From assembly GCA_963749155.1 (NCBI GenBank), contig CAVVLO010000005.1:32001-96000 (forward strand): a stretch of DNA of 64,000 nt, read 5' to 3'. Positions within the stretch are counted from its first letter, which is position 1. Each line of letters begins with the position of its first letter. This document shows positions 42,679 through 53,085 of the stretch, in pieces. Source of the stretch: an uncultured Armatimonadia bacterium. GTDB lineage: Bacteria; Armatimonadota; Zipacnadia; CAVVLO01. Made by a program: the position numbers and the translations under genes. Under the pieces are notes generated by a model, which saw nothing but the letters and a program-made list of their open reading frames with translations, made no database searches and was not told the DNA's origin.

Positions 42679-43608
42679 ATGGAACTGCATAAGTGGCTCC
42701 AGGGTTTGCGCAAGAGTTCTGATGATGATGACGCGGAACAGGATGTCGAACAGGTCGCAGAATCGGAGGGCGATTCCGAGCCAGGTCTGGTAAGGCCTGC
42801 CCCGCGGAAGGAGCCTCTAGACTCTGACCCCCAGACCAAGGTGCCAGTGGTTGAGCCCGTGGCAAAAGAAGCCCCGCGCAATCCCGCCGCCCCGCTAGGC
42901 GGAGGCGAAGGTGTCTCGGCTCCCCGCGTGGTTCGGCGTGATAAATATGGCGTCGAATACGAAGAGGATGAGCCCTCCGAGCCTCAACTCTTTACTGAGC
43001 GTCCAGCGGAGCCAGCCAGGTCTGAGCCTCCTGTTCCAGAACCCAGGCCAGTTGTCGAAGCCGCCCAGGCCCCTGCGCCGCCGCCGGCGGTAGATCCTCT
43101 TCCGCCAGAGCCCGAAGTTGACCTTGTACCCGAGCCGCAGCCAGAACCGGAGCCCGAACCGGAAGCAGAACCCGAAACTGAAGCTACTCTCGAAGAAGAT
43201 CCCCTCGAGGCTCAGTTGCTTGCCCTTGAGCGTCAGAAAGAAGAACTGCTCCGCCTGAAGCAGGAGCGAGAAGAACAGCTTCGCCGCAAACGAGAAGAAG
43301 AAGAGGCTGCCCGACGCGCCCAGACAACTCTGCCTCTGGCTGGTTTACCTGCCGAGGTCGAGGCGCCTGTCCAACCCGATTATGAGAAGATGCTGGCCGA
43401 GCGTGACCGCCTTATCCAGCGCCTGGCCGACCCTGTCCTGACCCTCAAAGAAGCGGCCGACCTGCTTGGAGTATGCACAGCCACCGTAAGACGCTACACC
43501 AATAAGGGAGTGCTGCCTCACTTCCGGACCGCCGGCGCTCAGCGGCGATTCAGGCTCTCCCAGGTGCTCAAGTTTATGCGCGAGCATGGCCTCAGCCTGG
43601 AGGACTAG
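42679..43608 (+). CDS. Excisionase/BldC-like HTH_17 DNA-binding protein with long acidic Pro-rich N-terminus and coiled coil
   Basis: C-terminal LTLKEAADLLGVCTATVRRYTNKGVLPHFRTAGAQRRFRLSQV; PEPEPE low-complexity tract. Confidence 0.8.
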   Translation: MELHKWLQGLRKSSDDDDAEQDVEQVAESEGDSEPGLVRPAPRKEPLDSDPQTKVPVVEPVAKEAPRNPAAPLGGGEGVSAPRVVRRDKYGVEYEEDEPSEPQLFTERPAEPARSEPPVPEPRPVVEAAQAPAPPPAVDPLPPEPEVDLVPEPQPEPEPEPEAEPETEATLEEDPLEAQLLALERQKEELLRLKQEREEQLRRKREEEEAARRAQTTLPLAGLPAEVEAPVQPDYEKMLAERDRLIQRLADPVLTLKEAADLLGVCTATVRRYTNKGVLPHFRTAGAQRRFRLSQVLKFMREHGLSLED

Positions 43609-43614
43609 CCCCTT

Positions 43615-44373
43615 TTGGAGAGCCAGGAATACCAAAAAATGCGCCGGCTCGAGGACCACTATTGGTGGTTCGTTGGCAGGAGAGAGGCGGTAGTGGCGTT
43701 GCTTGCCGAACGTCTCACTCCTGGTCAGCACCGCATAATTGGTGACATTGGTTGCGGGACCGGAGCAACCAGCCTGGCCTTGCGCGCTCTCGGTCAGGTT
43801 ATTGCGGTGGATTTATCACCTGAAGCCCTGACCTTGCATAGCCAAAGAGAAGATCATGGGCCGATGGTACAGGCTTCGGCGACTGGTTTGCCTTTTGCTC
43901 CAGGCGTTTTCGATGTGATGACCTACCTTGATATGCTGGAACACGTCGAAGCAGATGACATCGCACTGGCCGAAGCTTACAGGTTGCTTGCCCCAGGAGG
44001 TCTGCTGCTTGTCAGTGTGCCGGCCCATCCCTGGCTTTGGGGCAGCCATGATATTTCTCTGCACCATATGCGTCGATACAGGCGAACTGAACTGATTTCC
44101 AAACTACTCGATGCAGGTTTCGAACTGGAGCGCTGTACTTTTGCTGTAAGCCTGCTTGCGCCTCTGGCAGTGGTATATCGTCTTGCAGGCCATCTCTTTG
44201 GGCGCTCCAGGCCGGCTCATAGCGAGGCAATGGAACTGCCTGCTGCGATTAACAAGCTGTTGATCTGGATAATGCGTCTTGAGCGCGCGCTTTTACTGCG
44301 CTGGAACCTGCCGGCAGGCATCTCGCTGCTCTGCCTGGCTCACAAGCCCGAGCTTTCCGATACGCCCACATAA
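43615..44373 (+). CDS. Class I SAM-dependent methyltransferase
   Basis: EDHYWWFVGR, DIGCGTG, LDMLEHV, VPAHPWLWGSHD..HHMRRY. Confidence 0.9.
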   Translation: MESQEYQKMRRLEDHYWWFVGRREAVVALLAERLTPGQHRIIGDIGCGTGATSLALRALGQVIAVDLSPEALTLHSQREDHGPMVQASATGLPFAPGVFDVMTYLDMLEHVEADDIALAEAYRLLAPGGLLLVSVPAHPWLWGSHDISLHHMRRYRRTELISKLLDAGFELERCTFAVSLLAPLAVVYRLAGHLFGRSRPAHSEAMELPAAINKLLIWIMRLERALLLRWNLPAGISLLCLAHKPELSDTPT

Positions 44374-44376
44374 CAT

Positions 44377-45555
44377 ATGACCGAGCCACTCTCTACAACT
44401 CGTCCTGTTGCTCTCTTCACTGACGCCTACAAGCCAGTGATGAGTGGGGTTGTCAACTCGCTGGAGCTGTTCCGCAAGGGGCTGGAGGCGATCGGTCAGC
44501 CTGCGCTTGTCTTTGCGCCCAGGTTCCCTGGTTATGTGGTCGAGGGTGAGTGGGATGTCCGCTTCCCCTCCGTGTTGCTTTATAAGCGCGCCCAGCTTCC
44601 TTTTGCCGTGCCGGCCTCTCGCCGGGCCTGGCGCCGGTTCAGACAGGAGCAACCGGTGCTGGTGCATTCACAGCATCCTTTCTGGCTTGGCAAAACTGCC
44701 CTTGGGTATGCGCGCAGGGCGGATGTCCCCCTGGTGGCTACCATCCACACCCAGTATGAACAATATGTTCACTACATACCTCTGCCGGGCGCGACCGCCA
44801 GGCGCCTGGTACGAGGGATGGTCAGGCGTTACTGCCGCCAGGCCGATCAGGTGATTACGCCCTCACGCTCGATGGCAGAGCTGCTGGCAAGTCAAGGCAT
44901 CGCCGAGTCAGCCCAGGTCATACCCAATCCTCTCGATTTGTCTGCCTTCCGGGGTGAACTGCGAGGGGCGGAAGTGCGCGCGCGTTATGGCCTTACCACT
45001 GACCAGATCGTCTTTGGTTTCATAGGACGTATGGCCCGCGAGAAGAATCTCGAGACTCTGCTGGCGGCTTTCGACGAGGTACACCGGCAGCTCCCGGAGG
45101 CCAGGTTATTGCTGGTCGGCCCTGGCCCTTATCTGCCCGAACTGCGACAGTTCGCTGGCAGACTCGATTCGAATCAGGCAATCGTGTTTACTGATCGTGT
45201 GCCCTTTGAGGAGATAGCCCACTACCACGCCGCGCTGGACGTTTTCGTTATGACTTCGACCACAGAAGTCCAGCCGCTTGTGCTGCCCGAAGCGATGGCT
45301 GCCGGGGCTTGTCTGGTGGCCGCCGATGCAGTTGGGCCGCGAGATGTCCTCATAAAAGAAAAAACTGGGTTGCTTTGTGAACCGACCCAGGAGGCCTTTG
45401 TCACTACAATGCTCAAAGCAGGCCGAGAGCCAGAACTGCGCCATCGTCTTGGCCAGGCCGCAAGGCAGGCGGCGGAGGAGTATGATATTCCGAAGGCCAC
45501 CGAACGGCTGCTGACTTTGTATCGCAATACACTGGCTGATTATCAGAAACGGTAG
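44377..45555 (+). CDS. GT4 glycosyltransferase (diacylglycerol glucosyltransferase-like)
   Basis: FTDAYKPVMSGVVNS, HSQHPF, HTQYEQYVHY, GRMAREKN, STTEVQPLVLPEAMAAG. Confidence 0.9.
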   Translation: MTEPLSTTRPVALFTDAYKPVMSGVVNSLELFRKGLEAIGQPALVFAPRFPGYVVEGEWDVRFPSVLLYKRAQLPFAVPASRRAWRRFRQEQPVLVHSQHPFWLGKTALGYARRADVPLVATIHTQYEQYVHYIPLPGATARRLVRGMVRRYCRQADQVITPSRSMAELLASQGIAESAQVIPNPLDLSAFRGELRGAEVRARYGLTTDQIVFGFIGRMAREKNLETLLAAFDEVHRQLPEARLLLVGPGPYLPELRQFAGRLDSNQAIVFTDRVPFEEIAHYHAALDVFVMTSTTEVQPLVLPEAMAAGACLVAADAVGPRDVLIKEKTGLLCEPTQEAFVTTMLKAGREPELRHRLGQAARQAAEEYDIPKATERLLTLYRNTLADYQKR

Positions 45556-45597
45556 AGAATTCGTCTTTGAAATACAGAACATATCGGAGGAGTCCGG

Positions 45598-46590
45598 ATG
45601 AAGATCCTGCTTGTTGGTGTTGGGCCAATGGGCTCGGTATGGCGTAATGTAATTGAGCAATACCCTACCGCCGAGGCCGTTGGTTATGTCGATCTGGATG
45701 AAGGCGCGCTTAAGCGTTTGCAGGAGGAACACGGGGTTGCTTCTTCTGCGCTTTTTACTGATCTGGCTACTGCCCTTGCCAGCACGCAGGCTGATGTCGG
45801 CCTTATCGCTACTCCGCCTGCCATCCACAGAGCCAATGCCGAAGCGCTACTCGCCGCAGGACTCGATGTCATCACCGAGAAACCTCTTGCAGGCAACTGG
45901 GAAGACGCTCTGGCGATTGCCGAAGCTGCTCGCACAAGTGGGAAGCTGATGATGGTCGCGCAAAATTATCGCTTCCGGCCTGGTTGTCGCAAGGTGCATG
46001 CCTTGCTTGCCGAAAATATAATCGGCGACCTCGGCTATGTGGGAGTGGAGTTCCATAAGGCGGCAGACTTCGGCCCAGAAAATTTCCGTACCTTGATGGA
46101 GTACCCGCTGCTGATAGATATGTCTATCCACCATTTTGATCTGTTGCGTTATATGACGGGCACCAATGTGATCGAAGTCCAGGCGGACAGCTTCCGCCCC
46201 AGTTGGAGTTGGTACAAGCACGAGCCAGGCCTTGTGATGTCGATGAAACTGTCAAGCGACCTCATCGCAAGCTACCTGGGTTGCTGGGCTGCTCCTGGAG
46301 ATGAGACCTCCTGGGATGGTCGCTGGCGGTTCCAGGGAGAGCGCGGTACGCTGTTATGGAACGAACATGGCATCAATGTGCAGTATGCCGATGGTTCTGC
46401 GCGCAAGTTTGAGCCTGATCCAATGCCCTATACTGATCAGGCTTATGTGCTCTATGAGTTTGAAAAAGCCAGAGCCGAGGGACGCCAGCCCGAGACCAGC
46501 GTAGAAGACAACCTTCATAGCCTGGAGATTGAGTTCATGGCACTTGAGTCTATAAACCAGGGTGGGCGAATCCGCTCGAAACTGGTCTAG
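45598..46590 (+). CDS. Gfo/Idh/MocA family oxidoreductase
   Basis: VGVGPMG, ATPPAIH, TEKPLA, AQNYRF, DMSIHHFD. Confidence 0.92.
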   Translation: MKILLVGVGPMGSVWRNVIEQYPTAEAVGYVDLDEGALKRLQEEHGVASSALFTDLATALASTQADVGLIATPPAIHRANAEALLAAGLDVITEKPLAGNWEDALAIAEAARTSGKLMMVAQNYRFRPGCRKVHALLAENIIGDLGYVGVEFHKAADFGPENFRTLMEYPLLIDMSIHHFDLLRYMTGTNVIEVQADSFRPSWSWYKHEPGLVMSMKLSSDLIASYLGCWAAPGDETSWDGRWRFQGERGTLLWNEHGINVQYADGSARKFEPDPMPYTDQAYVLYEFEKARAEGRQPETSVEDNLHSLEIEFMALESINQGGRIRSKLV

Positions 46591-46634
46591 TTTGATAACC
46601 GCGGCGCAAGAGCGCCGCCAGGAGAACGACGCAA

Positions 46635-47912
46635 GTGGTTGCCGAAATCCTTTCAGTTGGGACCGAGTTGCTTCTCGGTCAGATAGTGGATACAAATGCT
46701 GCTTTTCTTTCCCAGCGGTTAGCCCAGCTTGGGGTGAATCTCTATACCCGTACCACGGTAGGAGATAACCAGGGGCGGCTTGTTGAGTTGCTGCGCAAAG
46801 CAACCGAGCGCAGCGATCTGGTGATTCTCACCGGAGGCATTGGCCCAACGCCCGATGACATCACTAGAGAGGCCTTGGCAGAACTTGCCGGCGTGTCTCT
46901 GGTCGAGTGGCCCGAGCTCCGCGCTCGGCTTGAGGAGTTTTTTGTGAAGCGCGGACGTCCGATGACCAACATCAATCTCAAACAGGCAACGCTTCCTGTA
47001 GGCGCTGAGCCGTTGGAGAACCCGATGGGTACCGCGCCGGGCATCTGGATGCGCTACGGGCGGGCTTTCCTCGCCAGTATGCCAGGGGTGCCGCATGAGA
47101 TGGAAGCGATGTTCGAGCGCCAGGTCGTGCCTCGGCTGCAACGCGAACTCGGAGAGGCGCTTCTGCCAGTCTACGCGCGCACTTTGCGCTTCTGCGGGGT
47201 GGGGGAGAGCGCCCTGGTTACTCAGCTTGAGGACGTTATCGAGGGCCAGACCAATCCTACTCTGGGCACAATGGCTGGCAGTGGCGAGGTGAAGCTGCGG
47301 ATTGCCGCTCAGGCCACCTCGTCGGCCGAGGCAGAAGCTTTGCTGCGCCCAGTACTCGACGAAGTCACTTCCCGGATGGGCACTCACCTTTGTGGCTATG
47401 ATGACCTCTCACTTGAGCAAGTATTGCTCCACCGTTTGGAAGCACTGCAACTTACTCTGGCTGTAGCCGAGAGCTGCACTGGCGGCCAGCTTGCCAAACG
47501 GCTGACCGATGTGCCAGGCGCCTCGAAGACTTTCCTGGGTGGGGTTATCTGTTACAGCAACCAGTCCAAACAGGAGCTGCTTGGAGTGAGCGAAGCCTCG
47601 CTTCGAGAGCAGGGCGCCGTCAGCGAGCAGGTCGCGCGTGAACTGGCCGCAGGTGTGGCAGAGCGGCTGCATGCCGACCTTGCGATTGGCATAACGGGGA
47701 TTGCTGGCCCTGAGGGAGGCACTCCCGACAAGCCGGTAGGTACGGTCTGGCTAGGCTATAGTTTTCAGGGAGAGGTGTCAGCCCAGCAATTCCTGTTCCA
47801 TGGAGACCGCTGGATGGTGCGTATGTGGGCGGTGCAGCAGGCACTGGCGGGACTTTGGGAAAAGCTTGGCGCGCAGCTTGTAATCCCGCCGCTTGGGGCG
47901 AGTGACAGCTAG
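46635..47912 (+). CDS. cinA: Competence/damage-inducible protein CinA (MoCF domain plus NMN deamidase PncC domain)
   Basis: SVGTELLLGQIVDTN, GGIGPTPDDIT, PGVPHEM, AVAESCTGG, ITGIAGPEGG. Confidence 0.96.
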   Translation: MVAEILSVGTELLLGQIVDTNAAFLSQRLAQLGVNLYTRTTVGDNQGRLVELLRKATERSDLVILTGGIGPTPDDITREALAELAGVSLVEWPELRARLEEFFVKRGRPMTNINLKQATLPVGAEPLENPMGTAPGIWMRYGRAFLASMPGVPHEMEAMFERQVVPRLQRELGEALLPVYARTLRFCGVGESALVTQLEDVIEGQTNPTLGTMAGSGEVKLRIAAQATSSAEAEALLRPVLDEVTSRMGTHLCGYDDLSLEQVLLHRLEALQLTLAVAESCTGGQLAKRLTDVPGASKTFLGGVICYSNQSKQELLGVSEASLREQGAVSEQVARELAAGVAERLHADLAIGITGIAGPEGGTPDKPVGTVWLGYSFQGEVSAQQFLFHGDRWMVRMWAVQQALAGLWEKLGAQLVIPPLGASDS

Positions 47913-48483
47913 ATGGCGGGCGCTGTTGGAAGATTTTTCCTTGCCGCGCCACTTCCCCAGTCGCTGAAGAATTATCTGGCCCAGTTACAGCAAACAGTTC
48001 GCAGCCAATTGAGTCAGCCTTTGCGCTGGGTGAAACCTGAGGGGATGCATCTGACCCTCAAGTTTATCGGAGATTTCGAGAGAGCGCGGCTCAAGGAGCT
48101 GGAAGAGGCTCTGAGCGCTTGGACTGGCTGGCAAACCGACCTTGTCGCTTGCTCTCACCAGACTTGGAGCTTTTCCTGATGCGCGCAAGGCGCGAGTGCT
48201 TTGGGTGGGCCTCGAGGGCGATATCGGGCCGCTTGCCGACTTGGCTGTTACCTGTGATGAGCTAACAGCCAAACTCGGAGTTGCGCCAGAACAAAAAAAA
48301 TTTAGTCCCCATCTAACACTTGCACGGGCTGCTGGCCAGGAATTTGCATATCTGGAAGAGTTGGTCGCCAAAGTGCAAGTGGAGCCACTAGCTTTTCCAG
48401 TGGCCGAGGTGCAACTGATAGAGAGTCAGTTGCGTCCAGGAGGCTCGCTCTACAAGCTAGTATGTGACTTTCCTCTGGGGTAG
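47913..48483 (+). CDS. thpR: RNA 2',3'-cyclic phosphodiesterase (2H family); frameshift near 48140
   Basis: Two HxTL motifs split over two frames (MHLTLKFIG, FSPHLTLAR), GAFP..RVLWVG; typical cinA-thpR-recA context. Confidence 0.9.
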
Positions 48484-48531
48484 CGGAGCTACTCCCCAGC
48501 AGTATAGAATATAAACTGGAGGGTTCCACGG

Positions 48532-49629
48532 ATGACGGATAAACCAGAACGTGATAGCGATGCCAAGCGCCAGAAAGCGCTTGAGTTGGCAATGACGCAG
48601 ATAGAAAGGCAGTATGGCAAGGGCAGCGTAATGAGACTTGGTGAGAAGCCCAAAGCCAGCGATGTGCCGGTCATCCCGACTGGTTCGCTTGCGCTGGACA
48701 TCGCCATCGGGGTTGGGGGATATCCCCGGGGTCGTATTATCGAGATCTTCGGCCAGGAGTCCTCTGGTAAAACCACCCTGGGCCTGCACGCGCTTGCCGA
48801 AGCTCAAAAACTGGGCGGCGTCGCAGCGATGATTGACGCCGAGCACGCGCTCGATCCCGAGTATGCCCAGCGCATCGGGCTTGATGTGGACAACCTGCTT
48901 ATATCTCAGCCCGACACGGGGGAGCAGGCTCTTGAAATCACTGAGGCGCTCATCCGCAGTGGCGCGGTAGACGTCATCGTGGTGGACTCCGTGGCCGCTC
49001 TTGTGCCTCGGGCCGAGATAGATGGCGAGATGGGCGATGCCCATGTAGGCCTGCAGGCAAGGCTGATGTCTCAGGCGCTTCGCAAGCTCGCTTCAGCCGT
49101 TGCCAAAGCCGGTACAGTCGTCATCTTCCTCAACCAGATTCGCGAAAAAGTTGGCGTCATGTTTGGCAATCCCGAGACAACGCCAGGTGGGCGCGCGCTC
49201 AAGTTCTGGTCTTCTTTGCGTCTTGAGATGCGCCGGCGCGAGGTTTTGAAGAAGAACAATGAAACAATCGGTATCAGAGCGCGTGTAAAAGTGGTAAAAA
49301 ATAAAGTGGCGCCACCTTTTAAAGAGGCCGAGTTCGATATTCTGTTTGGGACTGGAGTCTCTCGCGAAGGTGACGTGGTAGACCTGGGCACCGAGTTTGG
49401 CCTGATTGAGAAGTCCGGCACCTGGTTCTCTTTCGGGAGCGAAAGGCTTGGGCAGGGGCGCGAGAACGCCAAAGAGTATCTGGCGGAGCACCCAGACCTG
49501 ACTGCTGAGCTGGAGATTAAGATCCGCCAGCAAGCGGCAGAGGCCCGAGTCCGGCTCTACGGAGCGCCCTCTTCCGGAGAGGGCAGTGAGGATGACGAAC
49601 TCATGCCAGAGACCGAGCTGGAAGAGTAA
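48532..49629 (+). CDS. recA: Recombinase A
   Basis: [58 protein letters not shown]. Confidence 0.99.
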   Translation: MTDKPERDSDAKRQKALELAMTQIERQYGKGSVMRLGEKPKASDVPVIPTGSLALDIAIGVGGYPRGRIIEIFGQESSGKTTLGLHALAEAQKLGGVAAMIDAEHALDPEYAQRIGLDVDNLLISQPDTGEQALEITEALIRSGAVDVIVVDSVAALVPRAEIDGEMGDAHVGLQARLMSQALRKLASAVAKAGTVVIFLNQIREKVGVMFGNPETTPGGRALKFWSSLRLEMRRREVLKKNNETIGIRARVKVVKNKVAPPFKEAEFDILFGTGVSREGDVVDLGTEFGLIEKSGTWFSFGSERLGQGRENAKEYLAEHPDLTAELEIKIRQQAAEARVRLYGAPSSGEGSEDDELMPETELEE

Positions 49630-49671
49630 ACCCGACTCTGTTCCGCCTTGGACGGTGGATTTTCCTATATA

Positions 49672-50172
49672 ATGAGGAAATCAGGATCAATCAAACCTGA
49701 TCCACCGAACCGGTCCGCATATGGGCGCGCTGTGAAATTGCTTGCTCGTTCGCCCAGGACCGAGAGAGAACTTGAAAATCGATTAGCTAAAGAAGGCTTT
49801 GAGCAAACAGACATCAGGGAGGCGATGCAGAAGCTCAAGCATCAGAGCTGGCTGGATGACAGGCAGCTTGCCCAAAGTTGGCTTGAGATTCGAGCCGCGT
49901 CCAGTCCCGTTGGCCCAGCCTGGGCCAGGGGCTATCTGGGGCAGAGAGGAGTGCCTGCTGAGACTGCAAACGAAGTCATCAGCGCCTTCTACGAAGAGCA
50001 CCCAGAGCTCGAATCGGCCTTGAAACTGGCCGCCAGCTGGTTCAGGACGCATCCTGAGGGAACTCGGGAGCAATTACTAAGGTTCCTTGCAAGGCGAGGC
50101 TTCTCTACAGGAGCCTGTCTTGATGCCGTGGAAGCCTTCTCAGACAGGCAGGGTTTTCACGAAGCCATGTAG
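49672..50172 (+). CDS. recX: Regulatory protein RecX
   Basis: Directly follows recA; LLARSPRTERELENRL, WLDDRQLA, LLRFLARRGF. Confidence 0.88.
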   Translation: MRKSGSIKPDPPNRSAYGRAVKLLARSPRTERELENRLAKEGFEQTDIREAMQKLKHQSWLDDRQLAQSWLEIRAASSPVGPAWARGYLGQRGVPAETANEVISAFYEEHPELESALKLAASWFRTHPEGTREQLLRFLARRGFSTGACLDAVEAFSDRQGFHEAM

Positions 50173-50186
50173 GCGATAAAGCAAGA

Positions 50187-50320
50187 GGACGTGCACGAAA
50201 CATCGGCCTGTTTCTCATAGAGGGAGTAACTCACCTGAAAGGCGAGTATAACCGCGGCGCCTCGCGCGCCGCTCGAATAGAGAATTACCCCATACGAGGA
50301 ACGATGTTTCGTTCACGCCC
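50187..50320 (+). ncRNA. Structured intergenic RNA upstream of rny (6S-like or cis-regulatory leader)
   Basis: ggacgtgcacgaaacatcg pairs with cgatgtttcgttcacgcc; inner helix tttctcata..gggagtaa with ttacccc..tacgaggaa; apical hairpins ctcacctgaaaggcgag and gcggcgc-ctcgc-gcgccgc. Confidence 0.55.
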
Positions 50321-50355
50321 CCAGAGTACTAACTACTCTTGGAGGTGAGAACGAA

Positions 50356-51909
50356 ATGGGAGAACTAAACAACGTTGCTGTTGCAGCCCTTACACTGGCT
50401 GCGGCGGCAGCGCTTTTGCTGGCCTTCATTATGATGGCGCGCGCTCAGTATGAGCGTAAAGATGTCGCCAGGCAGCGCGAGCTTGCTGATGAAAACCTTT
50501 CCAAAGCCAAGGAAGAAGCCGAACGCCTCAAGCGCCAGGCTATTGTTGAGGGCCGCGAAGAGGTCTTGAAGCTCCGCGAGGATGCCGAGGCCGAATTAAA
50601 ACAACAACGCCAGGAAGCCCAGCGCTCAGAGCGCAGGATAGAACAGCGCGAAGAGGGACTGGAGAGGCGTCTTACCCAGATCGATTCCAGGGAGAAGGAT
50701 CTAGTAGAGCGCGAACAGCGCCTGCAGGACCGTCATCAGGAATTGGACGCACTGCTTGAGCGTCAGCGGCAGGAACTGGAACGAGTTTCAGGGCTCTCGG
50801 CCGACCAGGCCAGGGAGATGCTTCTGAAGCAGGTCCAGGATGATGTTCAGCACGAAACCGCAAAGCTTATCAAAGACGCCGAAGAAGACTACAAGCAGCG
50901 CAGCGACCAACTGGCTCGCGAGATAATCACTCAGGGTATCCAGCGTTGCGCCGTTGACCACGTAGTAGAGACCACTGTTTCGACTGTCGCTCTTCCCAGT
51001 GATGATATGAAGGGCCGTATCGTCGGCCGCGAGGGTCGTAATATCCGGGCCTTCGAGAATATCACCGGCGTAGACCTCATCGTGGACGACACCCCCGAAG
51101 CGGTTGTGCTGTCCAGTTTCGATCCCATCCGGCGCGAGGTGGCTCGTGTCTCACTCGAGCGACTTGTCAGCGATGGGCGCATCCACCCGGGACGTATCGA
51201 GTCGGTAGTTGAGAAAGCTCGTACCGAGATGGAGCAGAAGATACGCGAAGCTGGAGACAGGGCCACTTTCGATGTCGGAGTCTCAGGACTTCATCCCGAG
51301 CTGGTGCGGATGCTCGGTCGACTCAAGTATCGCACTTCATACGGGCAGAACGCCCTGCAGCACTCAATCGAAGTTGCTCATCTCTCGGCGATTATGGCCG
51401 CTGAGCTGGACGCCAAAGTCCACATCGCGAAGCGCGCGGGTTTGCTGCATGACCTGGGCAAGGCTGTCGACTTCGAGAGCGAAGGGCCTCATGCCCAGCT
51501 TGGCGCAGAACTGGCTCAGCGCTACAAGGAATCTCCCGAGGTTGTGCATGGCATTGCAGCTCACCATGCCGAGGTGGAAATCCAGACCGTCGAAGCCGCC
51601 CTCGTGCAGGCCGCGGATGCCATTTCCGCCGCCAGGCCAGGCGCCAGGCGCGAGAGCCTCGAGTCATATGTCAAACGTCTGGAGAAGCTGGAACACATCG
51701 CCGACCAGACCCCTGGCGTCGACAAAGCTTTCGCCATCCAGGCAGGCCGAGAGGTACGGATCCTTGTGAAACCCGAGCAGGTGGATGACGTGCTGGTTGC
51801 CAAACTGGCCCGGGACATCGCCAGCCGTATCGAAGAAGAACTGGATTATCCAGGTCAGATCCGTGTCACTGTTATCAGAGAGACGCGCGTTGTGGAGTAT
51901 GCCAAGTGA
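50356..51909 (+). CDS. rny: Ribonuclease Y
   Basis: N-terminal TM, coiled coil, KH domain ([14 protein letters not shown]) and HD domain ([24 protein letters not shown]). Confidence 0.98.
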   Translation: MGELNNVAVAALTLAAAAALLLAFIMMARAQYERKDVARQRELADENLSKAKEEAERLKRQAIVEGREEVLKLREDAEAELKQQRQEAQRSERRIEQREEGLERRLTQIDSREKDLVEREQRLQDRHQELDALLERQRQELERVSGLSADQAREMLLKQVQDDVQHETAKLIKDAEEDYKQRSDQLAREIITQGIQRCAVDHVVETTVSTVALPSDDMKGRIVGREGRNIRAFENITGVDLIVDDTPEAVVLSSFDPIRREVARVSLERLVSDGRIHPGRIESVVEKARTEMEQKIREAGDRATFDVGVSGLHPELVRMLGRLKYRTSYGQNALQHSIEVAHLSAIMAAELDAKVHIAKRAGLLHDLGKAVDFESEGPHAQLGAELAQRYKESPEVVHGIAAHHAEVEIQTVEAALVQAADAISAARPGARRESLESYVKRLEKLEHIADQTPGVDKAFAIQAGREVRILVKPEQVDDVLVAKLARDIASRIEEELDYPGQIRVTVIRETRVVEYAK

Positions 51910-52691
51910 GGTTGCTCTTCCTGGGCGATATCATCGGGCGGCCCGGTCGCAAGGCCGTGGCCGCCCGGCTTGGCGACCTTGTCGAGGCTCAGTCTATCGA
52001 CTTCGTAATCGCCAATGCCGAGAATGCCTCTGGCGGGCTTGGGCTTATGCCCGAGGCGGCCCAGGATCTGCTGAACTGTGGTATAGATGTCCTCACCACT
52101 GGCAACCACGTGTGGGCCAAGCGTCAGCTTTACCCTCTGCTCGATCAGGAGCCTCGTTTGCTGCGCCCTCACAACTACCCGCCGGGCAATCCTGGGCGTG
52201 GTGTTGGAGTGTTCCGGACTGCCTCCGGGCAGCCTGTGGGAGTAATCAATTTGCTCGGTCGTACCTTCATGGAACCGCTTGAGTCGCCTTTTACCGCGGT
52301 GGAAGGGCTTATTGAAGGTTTACGCGCCGAGGGATGTGGTACAATTATTCTTGACTTCCATGCGGAAGCGACCAGTGAGAAACAAGCAATGGGTTGGCTG
52401 CTCGATGGTAAAGTGACTGCCGTGCTGGGTACTCACACCCATGTGCAGACCAACGATGCTCGATTGCTTGAAGCAGGCACCGCCTATGTCACTGATGTCG
52501 GGCTATGTGGGCCACGCGATTCAGTTCTGGGACTGACGCGCGAACCCATATTACAGCGGTTCCTGTTACAGACACCCCAGCGTTTTGAAGTAGCGAAAGG
52601 ACCAGTAATACTCTGTGGCGCAGTTATAGAAGCTGACGAGGGAACGGGCAAAGCCACCAGCGTAACTCTGGTGCAGGAATTGGTCGAGTAG
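51906..52691 (+). CDS. ymdB: YmdB-like metallophosphoesterase (TIGR00282)
   Basis: [48 protein letters not shown]. Confidence 0.95.
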   Translation: MRLLFLGDIIGRPGRKAVAARLGDLVEAQSIDFVIANAENASGGLGLMPEAAQDLLNCGIDVLTTGNHVWAKRQLYPLLDQEPRLLRPHNYPPGNPGRGVGVFRTASGQPVGVINLLGRTFMEPLESPFTAVEGLIEGLRAEGCGTIILDFHAEATSEKQAMGWLLDGKVTAVLGTHTHVQTNDARLLEAGTAYVTDVGLCGPRDSVLGLTREPILQRFLLQTPQRFEVAKGPVILCGAVIEADEGTGKATSVTLVQELVE

Positions 52692-52746
52692 TCCTGCACT
52701 ATGCCAGGTAACGAAGGCCCTACCGTCCAACTCGGGGTGAACAACT

Positions 52747-53013
52747 ATGCAGCAACTACGAGTCTCGACCCATTCGAAGCCTAACGCTGTCGCAGGCGCC
52801 CTGGCCGGCGCAATCAGGGAGACCGGCCGAGCCGAGCTCCAGACCATTGGGGCTGGCGCGCTCAACCAGGCCATCAAGGCAATCGCCATCGCGCGCGGTT
52901 TTCTTGCCCCTTCGGGAATAGAGCTGGTCTGTATCCCCTCCTTTGTCGATATCACTGTCGACGACCAGGAACGGACCGCCATCAAACTAATTGTAGAACC
53001 CCGCAACACTTAG
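52747..53013 (+). CDS. spoVS: Stage V sporulation protein S family
   Basis: LRVSTHSKPNAVAGALA..IGAGALNQAIKAIAIARGF..ERTAIKL. Confidence 0.96.
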   Translation: MQQLRVSTHSKPNAVAGALAGAIRETGRAELQTIGAGALNQAIKAIAIARGFLAPSGIELVCIPSFVDITVDDQERTAIKLIVEPRNT

Positions 53014-53041
53014 CCACGTCTTATTGCGCCGGGCATTACTT

Positions 53042-53070
53042 CGCCTCGCCCTTCAAGGGCGAGGCGCTTT
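53042..53070 (+). terminator. Rho-independent terminator after spoVS
   Basis: cgcctcgccct-tca-agggcgaggcg followed by cttt. Confidence 0.7.
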
Positions 53071-53085
53071 ATCCGGAGGCTCAGT

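Noticed and set aside
43430..43608. Excisionase-like HTH taken as evidence of a prophage or ICE
   Set aside because: No integrase, att site or phage genes nearby; flanked by housekeeping genes
48484..48531. Possible LexA box upstream of recA (cagt-N11-actg)
   Set aside because: Matches neither GAAC-N4-GTTC nor CTGT-N8-ACAG; too weak without comparative data
52747..53013. spoVS as evidence of endosporulation
   Set aside because: SpoVS also occurs in non-sporulating bacteria, and no other sporulation genes are present in the window
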